From NCBI GenBank assembly GCA_041576165.1, contig JBFGLM010000003.1, forward strand, positions 84,839 through 148,838: 64,000 bases of DNA, read 5' to 3'. Below the pieces are notes generated by a model. That model was not told the origin of the DNA and searched no databases. It saw only the letters and a program-made list of their open reading frames with translations. This document shows positions 28,387 through 37,920 of this stretch, piece after piece; position 1 is the first letter of the stretch, and each line of letters starts with the position of its first letter. The translations under genes and the position numbers were made by a program. Origin of the DNA: Acidimicrobiia bacterium (lineage in GTDB: Bacteria > Actinomycetota > Acidimicrobiia > Spongiisociales > Spongiisociaceae).

Positions 28387-29166
28387 TCAGTTGGTGGACT
28401 CGGCTGCGATACTTCGCAATCTGGACGCCAGGCCGGCCTCACCCTTGATCTCGAGGGCCCCGGTGGTCGCCCGGCCCCATATCCAGAGGTCGAGATCTGC
28501 CGCCCGGCCGCTCAGCCGCATTTTCGGGTCGAGCTCGTCCGCGCCGACCACCTGCACAGAATCAAGGTCGTATTGTGCCCGCGTGTTTGGTGAGGTTCCC
28601 GTCAACCGGCCGAACATCAGGCCCCAGGTGCCGCCGTGGTCGGTCTCGGTGATGATCGCGCTGTTTCCGTCCGGAGTGAAGGTGCTCCACGACGGGAACC
28701 CGTCGATTTGGACGTTCAGGATCTCATCGATGCCGTCGGCCGCCAGCGCCGGATCCACCGGGGTGAGGCGCCCAACACACAGCTCGGCGTCAATGCGGTG
28801 AATGAGGGCCTCGTGTGCCTGCCGACGTCGAACCCAGCCGATTGTCTGATCCGGTTCGAACCAGGTCCAGCAACTGGCCTCCGCCGGCTGGCCGTTCAAC
28901 GCCCGGTGTAGCCGGGCTGACTGCTCGTTGGCCAAGCCCCGAAGAAGCGACGGTTCCGGCCGGGTCAGATCGGGCACGAGCTCGGGTTGCATCAATGGAC
29001 CTTCGACGATCGATGCCCAGAAGTGCTGCACTTCCGCCAGGTGCCAGACGAGATCGGCCATCGTCCACCCAGGACAGGAGGGAATGGCTTTGCTCAGGTC
29101 GGCGACTGTGGCGGCGTCGGCAAAGCGTTGCGATTCATTGGCGAGCGCCGCCAGGTGGTCAACCAT
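28387..29166 (-). CDS. Mycothiol-dependent maleylpyruvate isomerase (MDMPI/DinB) family protein
   Basis: PSCPGWTMADLVWHL and RRQAHEALIHRID motifs. Confidence 0.88.
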   Translation of the reverse strand: MVDHLAALANESQRFADAATVADLSKAIPSCPGWTMADLVWHLAEVQHFWASIVEGPLMQPELVPDLTRPEPSLLRGLANEQSARLHRALNGQPAEASCWTWFEPDQTIGWVRRRQAHEALIHRIDAELCVGRLTPVDPALAADGIDEILNVQIDGFPSWSTFTPDGNSAIITETDHGGTWGLMFGRLTGTSPNTRAQYDLDSVQVVGADELDPKMRLSGRAADLDLWIWGRATTGALEIKGEAGLASRLRSIAAESTN

Positions 29167-29301
29167 GATGGCGGGCACGTTAATGGTGTCGCCGGCCCCG
29201 CGCCCGGCCCAGGACCCACGTTCACCAACGGTGGCTGCAGGTGCGCACGGCGCGCACAGATCGCCGCCAGCCATCCGCATGCCGGGGGGCCCACGAAGGG
29301 T

Positions 29302-30276
29302 TCAGCCGGCGTCCTGCATTTCCCGGCCGCGTGGAATGATCTCTCGTCCGGGTCCTTCCGCTTCGTCGTCGACCATCTGGGCCGGGAATCCCGGAGCGAG
29401 AATCCGAGCGCCGACGGCCTCTTCGAGGCGTCGGATGATGTTCGGCGACCACTCTCGGGGCCCGTAACGCTCGATGGCGTCGTCGAATATGTCCACCAGC
29501 AGCGGAGACACGTCGAGTGGAACCTGGTGTCGGTCGGCGATGGCCTGAAACAACCCGATGTCCTTGGCAACGAGGTCCATCGTGAAGTTGATGTCCCGGG
29601 AGCCGTTGAGGATCACCTGGCTCTCGGTCTCATGAACAAACGAGTTCCCCGACGAAATGCGAATGGCCTCGTACGTGGTGGTGAGGTCCATTCCGGCTTG
29701 CTGAGCCGTGACCAGGGCTTCGGCCAGAGACACCAGATTGGCCGTAGCAAGGTAGTTGGTGAGCACTTTCAGAATGGAGGCGGAGCCCAGCGGACCGGTG
29801 TGCAATATGCGGCGGCCCATCACTGTCAGCAGCGGGAGCATCGCCTCGAATGTGGCCCGGTCGGCGCCGCCGAAGATCGAGATGTTGCCGGTTGCCGCCC
29901 GGTGGCACCCGCCCGAGACCGGACAGTCGATGGCAGAGGCCCCGGTTGCGATGACCTTGGCGCCGAGGCGCTGCACTTCGTCTGGATCAGTCGTGCTCAT
30001 CTCGGCCCATGTCTTGCCCGCCGACAATCCGGCCAGGACACCGTCGCTCGCTTCGAGCACCGCAGCCGAGATCTCCGGGCTCGGGAGGCACGTGATGACC
30101 ACGTCGCACCGCTCGGCCATGGCCTTGCCCGAGCCGACGGTGGCTGCCCCGGCGTCCACCAACGGTGCCAGCGCGGCCGGATCCAGGTCCCGGACCGTGA
30201 GGTCGATGCCATTTCGCAGGAGGCTGGTCGCCAGCTTGCTACCGACGTTGCCCAATCCGATGAAGCCCACCTTCAT
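29302..30276 (-). CDS. NAD(P)-dependent beta-hydroxyacid dehydrogenase (3-hydroxyisobutyrate dehydrogenase family)
   Basis: MKVGFIGLGNVG, DCPVSGG, LKVLTN and KDIGL motifs. Confidence 0.92.
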   Translation of the reverse strand: MKVGFIGLGNVGSKLATSLLRNGIDLTVRDLDPAALAPLVDAGAATVGSGKAMAERCDVVITCLPSPEISAAVLEASDGVLAGLSAGKTWAEMSTTDPDEVQRLGAKVIATGASAIDCPVSGGCHRAATGNISIFGGADRATFEAMLPLLTVMGRRILHTGPLGSASILKVLTNYLATANLVSLAEALVTAQQAGMDLTTTYEAIRISSGNSFVHETESQVILNGSRDINFTMDLVAKDIGLFQAIADRHQVPLDVSPLLVDIFDDAIERYGPREWSPNIIRRLEEAVGARILAPGFPAQMVDDEAEGPGREIIPRGREMQDAG

Positions 30277-30429
30277 GTCTATTCCTTTCGTGCGCCGGGC
30301 AGGGGGAACCGGCGGGGAGCGCCGCGGCCGGGCCGGCCCGGACGATACATCGTCGCCGCACGATCCCATCCGAGAAACCAGGGCTCAGAGGGGTTGATCC
30401 GGGGAACGGACCGGCTCATACTGCGGCCG

Positions 30430-31431
30430 ATGTTGACCGAGTCCCAGCTCCACCAATTCGCCGAGCAGGGTTACCTGGTTGTGCCCGACGTACTGTCCGA
30501 GGAGGAGCTGGATCCGGTCGTCGACGAGTATGAGGCGGCGCTGGGACGGGCCGCCCGCCGCCAGCGCGAGCTCGGCAACCTGACCTCCACTCGTGCCGAG
30601 CTGGCATTCGCCGACCGCTACACAGCGCTGATCACCGAGAACCCCGACGTTTTCTACTACCTCGGCATCTCGCTGCCGCTCGACTACGAGGAACTCGACC
30701 CCGAACTCGTCCGGGTCCACACCGGGCCGGCCCTGTTCGATCTGCTCCGCCATCCGGCACTGCTCGACATAGTGGAACCAATTGTCGGTCCCGAGATCGC
30801 CCTGAACCCCGTGCTGCAAGCGCGCCTCAAACCGCCTCAGCGGCTTCTGACCGGGGCGATGGCCTCATACTCGAACGTCGGCGCCACCACATGGCACCAG
30901 GACTTCGGGGCGGTCATGGACGACGCCATCGACACCAACATGCTGACGGTGTGGGTCGCGATGACCGACGCCACCGAGGACATGGGTTGCCTGGTGGTCC
31001 AGCCGGGGTCGCACCGGGAGGGAACGCTCACGCTGCACTGCCCGGGTGTGGCCAACCCCGCTGAGAACTACATTCCTCGAGCCATGCTGGATCGTCACAG
31101 CATCGCACCGGTGCCACTGCCGTGTACCCGCGGAACCCTCGTGCTGCTATCCAAGTACACCGAGCATGGAGCGCTGCCGAATGTGTCCGATCAGCTGCGG
31201 TGGAGCTTCGATCTGCGCTATCAGCCGGCCGGCCAGCCCACCGGCCGACCAGCGTTTCCCTCCTTCCTGCTCCGCAGCCGGTCAGATCCGGACCGCGAGG
31301 TCACTGATCCCGCCGAATATGCGGCTGCTTGGGAGGCAACTCGGGGCCGGATCCTGGCGGGCGAGATGGACGGCCCGCTCTACGAACAGGGGCGCTGGCT
31401 CAAGAACCGCGATAACCCCGTGTGCGCCTGA
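30430..31431 (+). CDS. Phytanoyl-CoA dioxygenase (PhyH) family Fe(II)/2-oxoglutarate oxygenase
   Basis: FAEQGYLVV, WHQD, GCL..PGSH, EHG and RWSFDLRY motifs; CATACT-N7-ATG. Confidence 0.9.
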   Translation: MLTESQLHQFAEQGYLVVPDVLSEEELDPVVDEYEAALGRAARRQRELGNLTSTRAELAFADRYTALITENPDVFYYLGISLPLDYEELDPELVRVHTGPALFDLLRHPALLDIVEPIVGPEIALNPVLQARLKPPQRLLTGAMASYSNVGATTWHQDFGAVMDDAIDTNMLTVWVAMTDATEDMGCLVVQPGSHREGTLTLHCPGVANPAENYIPRAMLDRHSIAPVPLPCTRGTLVLLSKYTEHGALPNVSDQLRWSFDLRYQPAGQPTGRPAFPSFLLRSRSDPDREVTDPAEYAAAWEATRGRILAGEMDGPLYEQGRWLKNRDNPVCA

Positions 31432-32652
31432 TCACAGCAGGAGCCGCTCTTCATATTCGACCCTGCTGAGGATGCGCGGCTCGTCCTCGGTGATCAGCAC
31501 CATGTCCTCTATTCGCACCCCGCCACCGCCTGGGGTGTCGGGTACCCAGACCAGCGGTTCCACCGCAAACACCATGTTCGGCTGGAAGTCATATGTGGGC
31601 GCGCCCGGCAATGTTTCGCCGATGTAGGGGGGCTCGTTGGCGCCCATGCCGATGCCGTGTCCGATGAACAAGCTGAACAGGTGCTCGGCCAGCCCGTAGT
31701 CACCGATCTTGTTGATGATGGCGTCGGCCACGTCCTTGTTGGTGAACCCGGGACGCATCTTCTCGAAGCCGGCGTGCAAGCCCTCGTACACTGCGGTGTA
31801 GATCTTCTTCTGCGCCGCCGACGGCTTGCCCACGATGGTGGTGCGGCCGATATCTGAGAAATACCCGTTCCACATCGCACCGATGTCGATGAAACAGAGG
31901 TCCTGGTTCCGCATGATCTTGTCGGTGGCCAGCCGGTGGGGTGGTGACATGTGCTCGCCCGACGCCACGAATGGCGTGATCACATGGGCCATCTCTCCGC
32001 CCAGGTAGAACAGGGTCTGCATGGCGTCTCCCGCCACCTCCAGCTCGCGGCGGCCCGCCCGGGTCTCATCGAGCGCCCGCTGGGTGACGGAATCTCCGAT
32101 GGCGCAGGCCTCTTCGATCACGGGGATCTCCAGATCGGATTTCACCCACCGGGCGTGGTGGAGCACCGTGTCGCCATCGACCAGCTCCAGGTCGGGCAAG
32201 TGCCGGCGCATCGCCTCCACAAAGCTGATGTTGGCCTGGTCTACCCCCAGCCGGCCCTGTCCGTAGCCGCGATCCCGCAGGATCGGCCCGAGTATGTCTT
32301 TGACGAACCCGTCTACCAGCTCCGCCTGTTCCATGATCGGGATGGCGTGCGCCTCGCCGATCCACGACATCCCGAAGTTGGCCTTGTCGATCTCCCCGCC
32401 GGAACACAGCAAAACCGGGTCCGCGTCGGGTCCCAGCAAAGCGCCGTTGAGCGACGTGGTCTTGCCCGCGATCAGCTGGGCGCGCAAGGCCGTGAGGTAA
32501 CGCACGTTCTCGTCTTTCCACACCAGCAACGCGTCGATATCCGAGTCCCGCAGCGAGGCCTGGGCGGCGGCAACGCGCTCCCGGCGTAGCGCGGCAAAGT
32601 CGTACCGGTCCTCCCAGTCGACCGCGAACGGGCCCTTGGCGTATCCGGACAT
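31432..32652 (-). CDS. Second M24 family hydrolase
   Basis: FIDIG..GYFSDIGRT, GHGIG, AVEP and GVRIED motifs; GAGGAGG RBS. Confidence 0.9.
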   Translation of the reverse strand: MSGYAKGPFAVDWEDRYDFAALRRERVAAAQASLRDSDIDALLVWKDENVRYLTALRAQLIAGKTTSLNGALLGPDADPVLLCSGGEIDKANFGMSWIGEAHAIPIMEQAELVDGFVKDILGPILRDRGYGQGRLGVDQANISFVEAMRRHLPDLELVDGDTVLHHARWVKSDLEIPVIEEACAIGDSVTQRALDETRAGRRELEVAGDAMQTLFYLGGEMAHVITPFVASGEHMSPPHRLATDKIMRNQDLCFIDIGAMWNGYFSDIGRTTIVGKPSAAQKKIYTAVYEGLHAGFEKMRPGFTNKDVADAIINKIGDYGLAEHLFSLFIGHGIGMGANEPPYIGETLPGAPTYDFQPNMVFAVEPLVWVPDTPGGGGVRIEDMVLITEDEPRILSRVEYEERLLL

Positions 32653-32677
32653 CGGGTGCCCTCCTCTCGGCAGATCA

Positions 32678-32694
32678 TGCATCGTATAAGATCG
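32678..32694. promoter_or_regulatory. Putative operator TGCATCGTATAAGATCG
   Basis: Motif match between the divergent M24 and peroxiredoxin-like genes. Confidence 0.72.
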
Positions 32695-32726
32695 GCGTTC
32701 AGTTTGGCCGTTCCGAGAGGTGATGG

Positions 32727-33722
32727 GTGACAGACATCCCGGTCCAGGATCCGGCAAGTGGGCTCGACCCTGTCGATTTCGAACCGGTGGGACCCAAAGT
32801 AAAAGAACCCTTCCCGGATCTGGTGCTTCCCGATCAGACGGGCGCCCTCGTCGATCTGCATGCGCATCGGGCGGGTCGACGGGCGATTGTTGTATTCCAC
32901 CGCAGCGCCGACTGGTGACCGTGGTGCAAGATGCAGCTGGTCGAGCTGCAGGAATCGACTGCCGCGTCCGGCATTGCCGTGTTTGCAATCAGCTACGACC
33001 CGGTAGATGTCCTGGCCGGCTTTGCCCGGGAGCACAACATCACCTATCCGTTGCTGGCCGACGTTGGCTCAAAAGCGATCGAAGAGCTCGGCTTGCTTCA
33101 CCAGGACATGGACCGGGAACGCGCCTACTGGGGTCGTGAGACGGAGGACCGGCACCGCCGGCTGCCGTACCCGGCCACTTTCGTGCTCGACGAAGACGGG
33201 CTCGTAGTCGACAAAGTGATCGAGCGGTCACACCGCAACCGGCCGACGGGCCAGATGTTGCTCGAGGATCTCGGCGTCGGACCGACGGCGGGGGAGGTGC
33301 AGGCCTCCGCGGCCGGTGACGGGCTCGCCGTCACCGCCTGGGTCCCGGCGGCCGACTACTTCCCGAACCAGATCTTCCGGGTGGGAGTTCGGGTGGCAGT
33401 GGCGGATGGGTTACATCTGTACGTACCGCCGACGCCTAGCTGGTACCAGCATCTCGACGTCTCCATCGACGCGCCACCGGGCGTCTACTGGGACCCGCCC
33501 CACCTCCCGGAGGGAGCATCCTTCCGGGTCGACGGGCTCGATGAAGAGTTCTGGGTTGTGGACGGCAGCGTGACCCTGTCGTGTCCGGTGCATATCCACG
33601 AGGACGTGGGAGACGTCGTTCTCGGTGTGAGGGTGCGGTACCAGGCGTGCAGCTCGGACGCGTGCCTGATTCCCGACAACCTGGCGTTGGAGCTGCCGCT
33701 GCGGAGCCGGGGGAAGCTGTGA
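32727..33722 (+). CDS. Probable selenoprotein: AhpC/TSA peroxiredoxin-like domain (UxxC) fused to a DsbD N-terminal-like domain
   Basis: ORFs 32727..32918 and 32931..33722 are in the same frame. Read-through gives FHRSADW-U-PWCKMQLVEL. C-terminal YQACSSDACLIP. A hairpin follows the TGA. Confidence 0.85.
32932..32950 (+). other. Candidate bacterial SECIS hairpin
   Basis: TGCAGCT-GGTCG-AGCTGCA, a perfect 7-bp stem with a G-initiated loop 20 nt after TGA 32916-32918. Confidence 0.7.
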
Positions 33723-34630
33723 CGTACGAGGTGCGCGTCGGCGGCTATGCCCCCCGTGACTCGACCCACAGCCAGGCCGTTGCGCATTTCGCTGAGCGCT
33801 TCAACCGGCGCTTGGGCCGTGATGACGCAGTGGACATCTTGTGGAACATCCTCGACGAGAGTCGGCCCGCTTCGGACCTGCTGTCGATGGTCGAGGCCGG
33901 CGAATTGACCTGGTGCTACTTCTCGTCGAGCTACCTGGGCTCCCGGGTGCCGGAACTCAACGCACTGGAGCTGCCGTTTCTCTTCTCCAGCCTCGACGAG
34001 GCGCATGCCGCCCTCGATGGCGAGTTCGGTGCGTGGCTCACGGCCGCCACCGAGCGGCGCACGCCTTACGAGGTGCTCGGCTACTGGGACAACGGGTTTC
34101 GTCATTTCACCAACCGGCTTCGGCCCGTCCGGCAGCCATCCGACGTCACTGGGATGACGGTGCGACTGCAGCCGAACGCCATCCATGAGGCGATGGTGGA
34201 AGCTTGGGGCGGCGTTCCGCGGCCGGTGGAATTGAGCGAAGGTATCCGGCTCATCTCCGCAGGCGAAGTCGACGCCCAGGAGAATCCACTCGCCAACACC
34301 GTGGCCTACGAGGTCGATCAGGTACATCACCACGTCACCATGTCCGGCCACCTGTACGGGGCGAGAGGCCTGTACGCCAACCGCGCCGCGCTCGCGGCCA
34401 TGCCACCGGTGGTTGCCGCAGCAGTCCGGGCCGCCGCCTGCGACGCGATCATGTTCCAGCGCGGTGCCGCCGCCGCGTATGAGGCCGAACTACGGCGCCG
34501 GCTCGAAGGACGTGGCGTCGAGTTCGTGGACCTCACCGGACCAGAGCGGGAGCAGTTCGTCGCTGCCACCGCTGGTGTCATCGAACGAGCACGTGCGGAT
34601 CAACCAGCGGACACCCCGTGGCCAGCGTGA
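33719..34630 (+). CDS. TRAP transporter DctP-type substrate-binding protein, no evident signal peptide
   Basis: LELPFLF, WDNGFRHFTN and VDAQENP motifs; GTGA coupling with the upstream stop. Confidence 0.85.
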   Translation: MTYEVRVGGYAPRDSTHSQAVAHFAERFNRRLGRDDAVDILWNILDESRPASDLLSMVEAGELTWCYFSSSYLGSRVPELNALELPFLFSSLDEAHAALDGEFGAWLTAATERRTPYEVLGYWDNGFRHFTNRLRPVRQPSDVTGMTVRLQPNAIHEAMVEAWGGVPRPVELSEGIRLISAGEVDAQENPLANTVAYEVDQVHHHVTMSGHLYGARGLYANRAALAAMPPVVAAAVRAAACDAIMFQRGAAAAYEAELRRRLEGRGVEFVDLTGPEREQFVAATAGVIERARADQPADTPWPA

Positions 34631-35382
34631 CTTGGGCGTTCGCAGGGCGAACGGTAGCGATCACCGGGTCGGCTGTCGGAATGGGCCAGGCTGCGGTGCA
34701 CGCATTCGCCGGAGCCGGAGCTCGCGTGTTCGGGCTCGATGTCGATGAGGATCGGGGCCGCGCTGTGTGCGACGCCGCCCGGAATGCCGGCGGCGACGCG
34801 ACGTTTCTGCCGGCCGATGTCACGTCCAAGCCGCAAGTCGTGAGGGCGTTCGAAGAGATCGCCCGGTCCGGCGGGCTCGACGTGCTCATCAACAACGCGG
34901 GCGGGTTCTGGGAGCAGCTGACCACCGAGGAAACGTCAGAGGAGGAGTGGGACAAGGTCATCGACCTGAATCTCAAGAGTGTGTTCCTGTGCTCGCAGGC
35001 GGCCGCTCCCATGCTGAAGGTGTCGGGAGCCGGGCGGATCATCACGGTCAGCTCCCTCGCCGGCCAGACGACTATGTACCGGTCGTCTCCGCCGTATTCC
35101 GCTGCCAAGGCGGGGGTGCTGGCCCTGAGCCGGGTCCTGGCCTACGAACTGGCCGAGTTCGGGGTCACGTCCAATGCGATCGCGCCCAGCGCCGTGCTCA
35201 CCGAGCGAGTCAAGGAGGTTCGGGGTCCAGAAGAGCGGGCCAGGACGCAGGAGACCATTCCTCTCGGTCGGTACGGCGAGGTAGAGGACATCGTCAATTG
35301 GATGCTCTTCCTGGCGTCTGATGAGGCGGCCTACATGACCGGTCAAACCGTGTCAGTCAACGGCGGGAGGTTCATGGCATGA
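34618..35382 (+). CDS. SDR family oxidoreductase
   Basis: TGSAVGMG, NNAG, YSAAK and MTGQ motifs. Confidence 0.93.
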   Translation: MASVTWAFAGRTVAITGSAVGMGQAAVHAFAGAGARVFGLDVDEDRGRAVCDAARNAGGDATFLPADVTSKPQVVRAFEEIARSGGLDVLINNAGGFWEQLTTEETSEEEWDKVIDLNLKSVFLCSQAAAPMLKVSGAGRIITVSSLAGQTTMYRSSPPYSAAKAGVLALSRVLAYELAEFGVTSNAIAPSAVLTERVKEVRGPEERARTQETIPLGRYGEVEDIVNWMLFLASDEAAYMTGQTVSVNGGRFMA

Positions 35383-36224
35383 TCGGCTTTGTTGGATTGG
35401 GACGGATGGGTTTCCCCATGGCCCGCAACCTGGCGGAGGCGGGCCATCAGGTGGTTGCCGTCGATTCATCGCCTCAGGCGGTTTCCCGAGCTCGTGACGC
35501 CGGTATCGACGCGTCCTCGGACCTCGCCGCCTTGGCGAATGTCGACACGGTGTGCTCATCGTTGCCGGACACCGCCGAAGTCGAGCAGGTGTATGCCGGC
35601 GTTCTGCTGGACGAACTGGCTGAAGGCGCTATCTGCGTGGATCTGTCCACCATCTCCATCCAGGGTTCGCGGCGAATCGCGGCGGTGGCGGCCGAACGCG
35701 GGATCTCGTTTCTGGATGCGCCTGTCAGCGGGACGGTCCCGCATGCCGCGGCAGCCACCCTGGCGATCATGGTTGGGGGCGACCCCGAGGCGCTCGCCTC
35801 CGTCCGTCCGATTCTCGATGTGCTCAGCTCGACGGTTCACCATATGGGACCGAATGGCGCCGGGTTGATCATGAAACTGATCACGAACCGGCTGCTCAGC
35901 GCGTGTACTGCGGCTATCGCCGAGTCGGTTCTCAGCATGGAGAGGAACCACATCGACCTCGAAGAAGGTTTGGCGTTCCTGGCGGGCAGCGCAGTGCCCA
36001 AGCTGATCGATTACAAAGGGCCGGCGTTGCGAACCCGGGACTATTCGCCGAACTTCACCGTGGACCTGATGCGTAAAGACCTCCGCCATGCGGCGGCGCG
36101 GGCCGGTCCCGACCGCATGGCGCGGCTGGTGCACGAGATCTTCGACGAAGCCGCCGCCCTGGGTCACGGCGACGAGGACATTGCGGCCATCATCGAAACG
36201 TTCGGCGCTGAGGTGTCGAGTTGA
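35379..36224 (+). CDS. Beta-hydroxyacid dehydrogenase (tartronate semialdehyde reductase/3-hydroxyisobutyrate dehydrogenase family)
   Basis: GFVGLGRMG, DAPVSG, MKLITN and KDL motifs. Confidence 0.92.
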   Translation: MIGFVGLGRMGFPMARNLAEAGHQVVAVDSSPQAVSRARDAGIDASSDLAALANVDTVCSSLPDTAEVEQVYAGVLLDELAEGAICVDLSTISIQGSRRIAAVAAERGISFLDAPVSGTVPHAAAATLAIMVGGDPEALASVRPILDVLSSTVHHMGPNGAGLIMKLITNRLLSACTAAIAESVLSMERNHIDLEEGLAFLAGSAVPKLIDYKGPALRTRDYSPNFTVDLMRKDLRHAAARAGPDRMARLVHEIFDEAAALGHGDEDIAAIIETFGAEVSS

Positions 36225-36436
36225 CTGACGACGGCCGGCATGATCGGAAGCGGGCGGCGATGGCTGCCAATCTGGCCGAGCAAAGCGGGCGTTCGCTGGA
36301 GGATTGGGTAGAGCTGGTCGACCGGGCGGAAGTAGCGGGCTTCATGGAGGTCGTGGGATGGCTGAAACAGACACACGGCCTCGGTCATTTCCAGGCCCGG
36401 CTGGTGGCGGAAGCGCACCGGGACCGGCCTGGTTGA
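36221..36436 (+). CDS. DUF4287-like small protein
   Basis: NLAEQSGRSLEDW...WLKQTHGLGHFQA. Confidence 0.7.
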   Translation: MTDDGRHDRKRAAMAANLAEQSGRSLEDWVELVDRAEVAGFMEVVGWLKQTHGLGHFQARLVAEAHRDRPG

Positions 36437-36490
36437 GCGGGCAGTACCCGCCCCCGCCCGGTAGCGTGACCTGGTTTGAAGGAGGAGCCC

Positions 36491-36877
36491 ATGGCTGAGC
36501 TGATCATGTTCGACGAGCAGGAGCAGGTGGAGCGTGGCGACGGGATCACCAGCGTCCGCCTGACGCCTCATCCGCTGGAGGAGCAAGGTTTCACAGTGGG
36601 TGTGACCACCTTTCCGCCGGGCACCAGCATCCGGCTCCACAGCCACAACTGCATCGAGCAAGTAACGATGCTGGAAGGTGAGGGCATCGTCGTGCTCAAT
36701 GGTGTGGAGCGAGAAGTCAAGCCGTACGACACCACGCAGGTACCGGCCGGCGACTTCCACCGCTTCATCAATCGGGGCGCCGGTCAGATGCGCATCCTCT
36801 GGGTTTACGGTGCGATAGATGTGACCCGCACCTTCGCCGACACGGGCGAGACCGTTCCGCAGTTCCACCGACCATGA
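36491..36877 (+). CDS. Cupin_2 domain protein
   Basis: LHSHNCIEQV...VPAGDFHRFIN; GGAGG RBS. Confidence 0.88.
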   Translation: MAELIMFDEQEQVERGDGITSVRLTPHPLEEQGFTVGVTTFPPGTSIRLHSHNCIEQVTMLEGEGIVVLNGVEREVKPYDTTQVPAGDFHRFINRGAGQMRILWVYGAIDVTRTFADTGETVPQFHRP

Positions 36878-37920
36878 GCCGCTATCCCGTTTCCCGCCTG
36901 CACACCTTCATCCAGGACGTGCTCGTGGCCCAGGACGTCCTGCCGGAACACGCCGAGATAACTGCCACTCGAATGCTCGACGCCGATCTACGCGGCCGAA
37001 GCGGCCACGGCATCATCCGGCTACCTCTCTACACCTCGCGCATTCGGGGCGGAGGTACCAACTTGCGGCCGGACATACGACTGGTGAGAGAAACCCCGGT
37101 CAGCGGCCTGGTCGATGGAGATGACGGGCTGGGGCACCCGATTCTCGAGTTCGCCTCGGATACGGCGATTGCCAAAGCGTCCGAGGCCGGCATGGCGTGG
37201 GTGGGAACCCGCAACTCGAATCACGCCGGCGCCGCCGGGGTCTGGGTGAACAAGGTTGTGAAAGAAGGCTTGATCGGTATCTACATGGCCGTCGCCAACG
37301 CCAACGGGATGCCGCCGTGGGGCGGACGGGAGCGGCTGCTCGGTACGAATCCGATCGCGATCGGTATCCCGACCAAGAACCGTCCCGCGTTTCAGCTCGA
37401 CATCGCGACCACCGTCGTGTCGCACGGCACTATCAAAGTCGCGGCTCAGGCGGGCGAGCAGATGCCGGAGGGGTGGGTGGTTGACTTCGAGGGGAACCCG
37501 ATCACCGACCCCGACAAGGCCCACGAAGGCTTTCTCTTGCCGATTGGCGGGTACAAGGGCTCGGGGCTCAACATCGTGATCGGCCTGCTCGCCGGCGCCA
37601 TGAACGGAGCCGCCTTCGGCCGCGATGTGATCGATTTCCGGGCCGAAGTCGGCCGTAACACGAATACCGGCCAGGCCCTGTTCGTCATGCGGCCCGACCT
37701 GTTTGGCGACGAGGACGACGTGCTCGGGCGCTTTGACCTTTCGCTCGACGAGTTGCAGGACTCCGAGTCAGTGACCGGGGAGCCGATTCGCCTTCCCGGC
37801 GCCCAAGCCGAAGTGACCGAAAGCGAGGTGCGGGCCACCGGAGTAGAGGTTCCCGTGGCGCTCCTGGCCCAGCTCCGGGAGCTGGCCGACGAGTTCGGGG
37901 TGGAGGATCGGTTGGAGTGA
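36874..37920 (+). CDS. Ldh_2 family oxidoreductase (AllD/ComC/YiaK-like)
   Basis: ADLRG..GHG, NSNHAG, GTNPIA, DIAT and GGYKGSGL motifs. Confidence 0.92.
   Translation: MSRYPVSRLHTFIQDVLVAQDVLPEHAEITATRMLDADLRGRSGHGIIRLPLYTSRIRGGGTNLRPDIRLVRETPVSGLVDGDDGLGHPILEFASDTAIAKASEAGMAWVGTRNSNHAGAAGVWVNKVVKEGLIGIYMAVANANGMPPWGGRERLLGTNPIAIGIPTKNRPAFQLDIATTVVSHGTIKVAAQAGEQMPEGWVVDFEGNPITDPDKAHEGFLLPIGGYKGSGLNIVIGLLAGAMNGAAFGRDVIDFRAEVGRNTNTGQALFVMRPDLFGDEDDVLGRFDLSLDELQDSESVTGEPIRLPGAQAEVTESEVRATGVEVPVALLAQLRELADEFGVEDRLE

Noticed and set aside
28987-30429. N-terminal ~480 aa of the 814-aa ORF as a PhyH fusion
   Set aside because: It is an antisense shadow of the two minus-strand genes; the real start is 30430.
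32916-32918. Nonsense mutation/pseudogene, or two separate genes
   Set aside because: The TGA sits exactly at the redox Cys position, the frame is continuous, and a SECIS-like hairpin follows. Sec is the better explanation, pending evidence of sel genes.
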